A stretch of DNA of 64,000 bases, taken from positions 8,496-72,495 of the forward strand of contig JAQTMH010000003.1 of NCBI GenBank assembly GCA_028714495.1, written 5' to 3'. Numbering within the stretch: position 1 is the first letter of the stretch; the number at the start of each line of letters is the position of its first letter. The translations under genes and the position numbers were made by a program. This DNA is from Patescibacteria group bacterium (GTDB taxonomy: Bacteria > Patescibacteriota > Patescibacteriia > JAHIZJ01). This document shows, piece after piece, positions 61,550 to 64,000 of the stretch. Under the pieces are notes generated by a model. It did no database searches. It was not told where the DNA came from and worked only from the letters and a program-made list of their open reading frames with translations.

Positions 61550-62047
61550 TTACTGGCCAGCAACTGCTGACTCAGTATGCTCAGGCTTCTTGTCCCACCA
61601 CTCGGTCGGCTCCTCGTCGCCCCGCCGGATCCGGCAGTACAGGTCATACGCGCTGGCGAAGTTCGTGCCAGACACATTGATCCGCCAGACCGGGTAACTG
61701 TCCGTGGCTGGATTGCCATCAATGAACGAGTCGACCATTGCCGTCGATTGCCCTCGCTCATAGCGACCACGCCACGGCTTGATCGCCTGGTCATCCAGAT
61801 AGGCGTGCTCCTCGATCTCCACTCGGATCGGCGTGATTCCGTAGAGATCCAGCCAACCCTGGACTTGTGCGGCTTCTGGGTTGTCGAAGTCATACCTCCA
61901 GACATCCGGTTCGCCGACGCATGAGCTGAAACTTCCAGCTCTCGTTTTCCAGCTGGCTGCTGCATTGGTTCCATCGTGGAATGGTTCCTTGGTACTCACC
62001 CGAGCAGCCACCAGACCGTCCGCACCGAAATACAAACGAACGAACAT
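61550..62047 (-). CDS. hypothetical protein (GC-rich, 166 aa from MFVRLYF)
   Basis: GAGGAGGAAG lies 6 nt before the ATG. A TTGACA-N16-TAGTAT promoter is upstream on the minus strand. About 58% GC. Confidence 0.5.
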   Translation of the reverse strand: MFVRLYFGADGLVAARVSTKEPFHDGTNAAASWKTRAGSFSSCVGEPDVWRYDFDNPEAAQVQGWLDLYGITPIRVEIEEHAYLDDQAIKPWRGRYERGQSTAMVDSFIDGNPATDSYPVWRINVSGTNFASAYDLYCRIRRGDEEPTEWWDKKPEHTESAVAGQ

Positions 62048-62142
62048 GGCTTTCTTCCTCCTCTCATCTCTCTCCAGTTTCGCTCCAGTGCCAGAATTCC
62101 TGTCTGCCAATTTGCCGCCAAGCCAAAAACAACAACCAGGTA

Positions 62143-62170
62143 TACTATCAGAATATTATTATTTTGTCAA
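62143..62170 (-). promoter_or_regulatory. sigma70-like promoter for the GC-rich 166-aa gene
   Basis: Minus-strand TTGACA (plus 62165-62170), a 16-nt spacer, then TAGTAT (plus 62143-62148). Confidence 0.4.
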
Positions 62171-62177
62171 TAGTCTA

Positions 62178-62204
62178 TAAAAAAGGCTCACTTACGCAGT
62201 GAGC
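62178..62204 (-). terminator. intrinsic terminator of the 87-aa membrane protein gene
   Basis: GCTCACT-TACGC-AGTGAGC 7-bp stem followed by CTTTTTTAT on the minus strand. Confidence 0.55.
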
Positions 62205-62209
62205 TTGCC

Positions 62210-62473
62210 CTACACAGTATGTGCTAGGCTTATATCATCAGACGGATTGTCCACTTCACAGCAAAGCTTGAGCAGATAGCCGATGAGGGCTCCAAAAACA
62301 ATGAACGCAATCAGGGCCACCCACCATTTGCCCAGCCAGAAGTTGATCGCTGAATGGCCGGTAAGGTTCGGAATCGATGCGATGAGTGTCACGGGAAGTC
62401 CGACTATCCAAACAACCAGCACGACAAAAGACAGGACCAACAAACCCAGGTAGCCACGTTCGATGACGACCAT
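62210..62473 (-). CDS. small membrane protein
   Basis: 87 aa with 2 TM helices. Confidence 0.45.
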   Translation of the reverse strand: MVVIERGYLGLLVLSFVVLVVWIVGLPVTLIASIPNLTGHSAINFWLGKWWVALIAFIVFGALIGYLLKLCCEVDNPSDDISLAHTV

Positions 62474-62593
62474 ATTCCCCTCCTCGTGGAAAGAGCTAGA
62501 CTCGATTATTCAACGCTGGTAAATTATCAAAGTAATAATAAGATGTCAAATAAAAAGCCGCCCTGGTTAGAGTCGGCAAGTGGATTGATTAGT

Positions 62594-63709
<1,116 letters not shown>

Positions 63710-63835
63710 TCAATTAACCTTTTAGTTAAAAGGTTTATAATCTTAAAACCAACTACTCATCCAATAAATCAATCAACTAATTAACTAATAATCTAATCAA
63801 CTAATTAATTACTCCCTAATCCCCCCGCCCAATCA

Positions 63836-64000
63836 CCTTGCCTTTTCCCCGGCCAGTTTCATCATCGCTCAGAGACGTGCTCTTGGCGTCAACCGTGGCT
63901 TCGATTATGTCATTGACAAAACTGTCCGTGGCAGATAAAACTGTTATGTCGATCAACAAAACATAATCATTGAGCTGCTCGCGGGTCGGCACTAGGCTGA
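63836..64000 (-). CDS. C-terminal fragment of an unidentified gene running off the right edge
   Basis: The reverse-complement frame is open to the window end and terminates at TAG (63836). The tail reads ... TVDAKSTSLSDDETGRGKGKVIGRGD. Confidence 0.3.

Noticed and set aside
63740-63830. Short tandem-like repeats (CAACTAATTAA variants) as a possible CRISPR or microsatellite array
   Set aside because: Units of about 11 nt, degenerate, with no spacers of uniform length and no cas genes. Most likely an AT-rich promoter or UP-element region upstream of tgt.

Overview
This 64 kb window looks like a compact, low-GC (about 42-45%) bacterial chromosome segment, most plausibly from Patescibacteria/CPR; that placement is an inference from gene content, the many small membrane ORFs, a heliorhodopsin and the overall gene organisation. 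Nearly every gene is on the minus strand, and many adjacent genes overlap by 4 bp (ATGA). Recognisable core genes: partial gatB, thymidylate kinase-like, thymidine kinase, a long-form ThyX, dUTPase, dCMP deaminase, rplA, rplK, nusG, secE, gyrB, pheS/pheT, a complete F0F1 ATP synthase operon (atpZ-like, B, E, F, H, A, G, D, C), RmuC, TatD, CvpA, MetRS, RsmI, an M16 peptidase, GlyRS, a membrane-anchored ClpB/C-like AAA+ ATPase, and Tgt. Accessory content worth a second look: (1) a heliorhodopsin beside a UvrD-nuclease fusion and an HhH-GPD glycosylase; (2) a roughly 0.9 kb GC-rich ORF-free element (about 60% GC), flanked by a consensus sigma70 promoter and an intrinsic terminator, which I read as a candidate large structured ncRNA; (3) an operon of three tandem paralogs carrying only a C-terminal PEP-utilising phosphohistidine swivel domain, together with a 474-aa unknown, a P-loop kinase and dCMP deaminase, and a 120-bp direct repeat left by a kinase 3'-end duplication; (4) a TrpR/YerC-like regulator flanked by a perfect 26-bp palindrome and repeated half-sites in the dut-thyX promoter region; (5) a very low-GC Type III RM island with an extra 283-aa gene tightly coupled between mod and res, flanked by two IS200/RAYT-like HUH genes that each carry an in-frame palindromic insertion; (6) several high-GC islands, including a two-gene island (415-aa Arg-rich protein plus a TM protein) between glyS and clpB; (7) a possible SRP RNA hidden under a spurious ORF. 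No rRNA, tRNA or CRISPR array was found.
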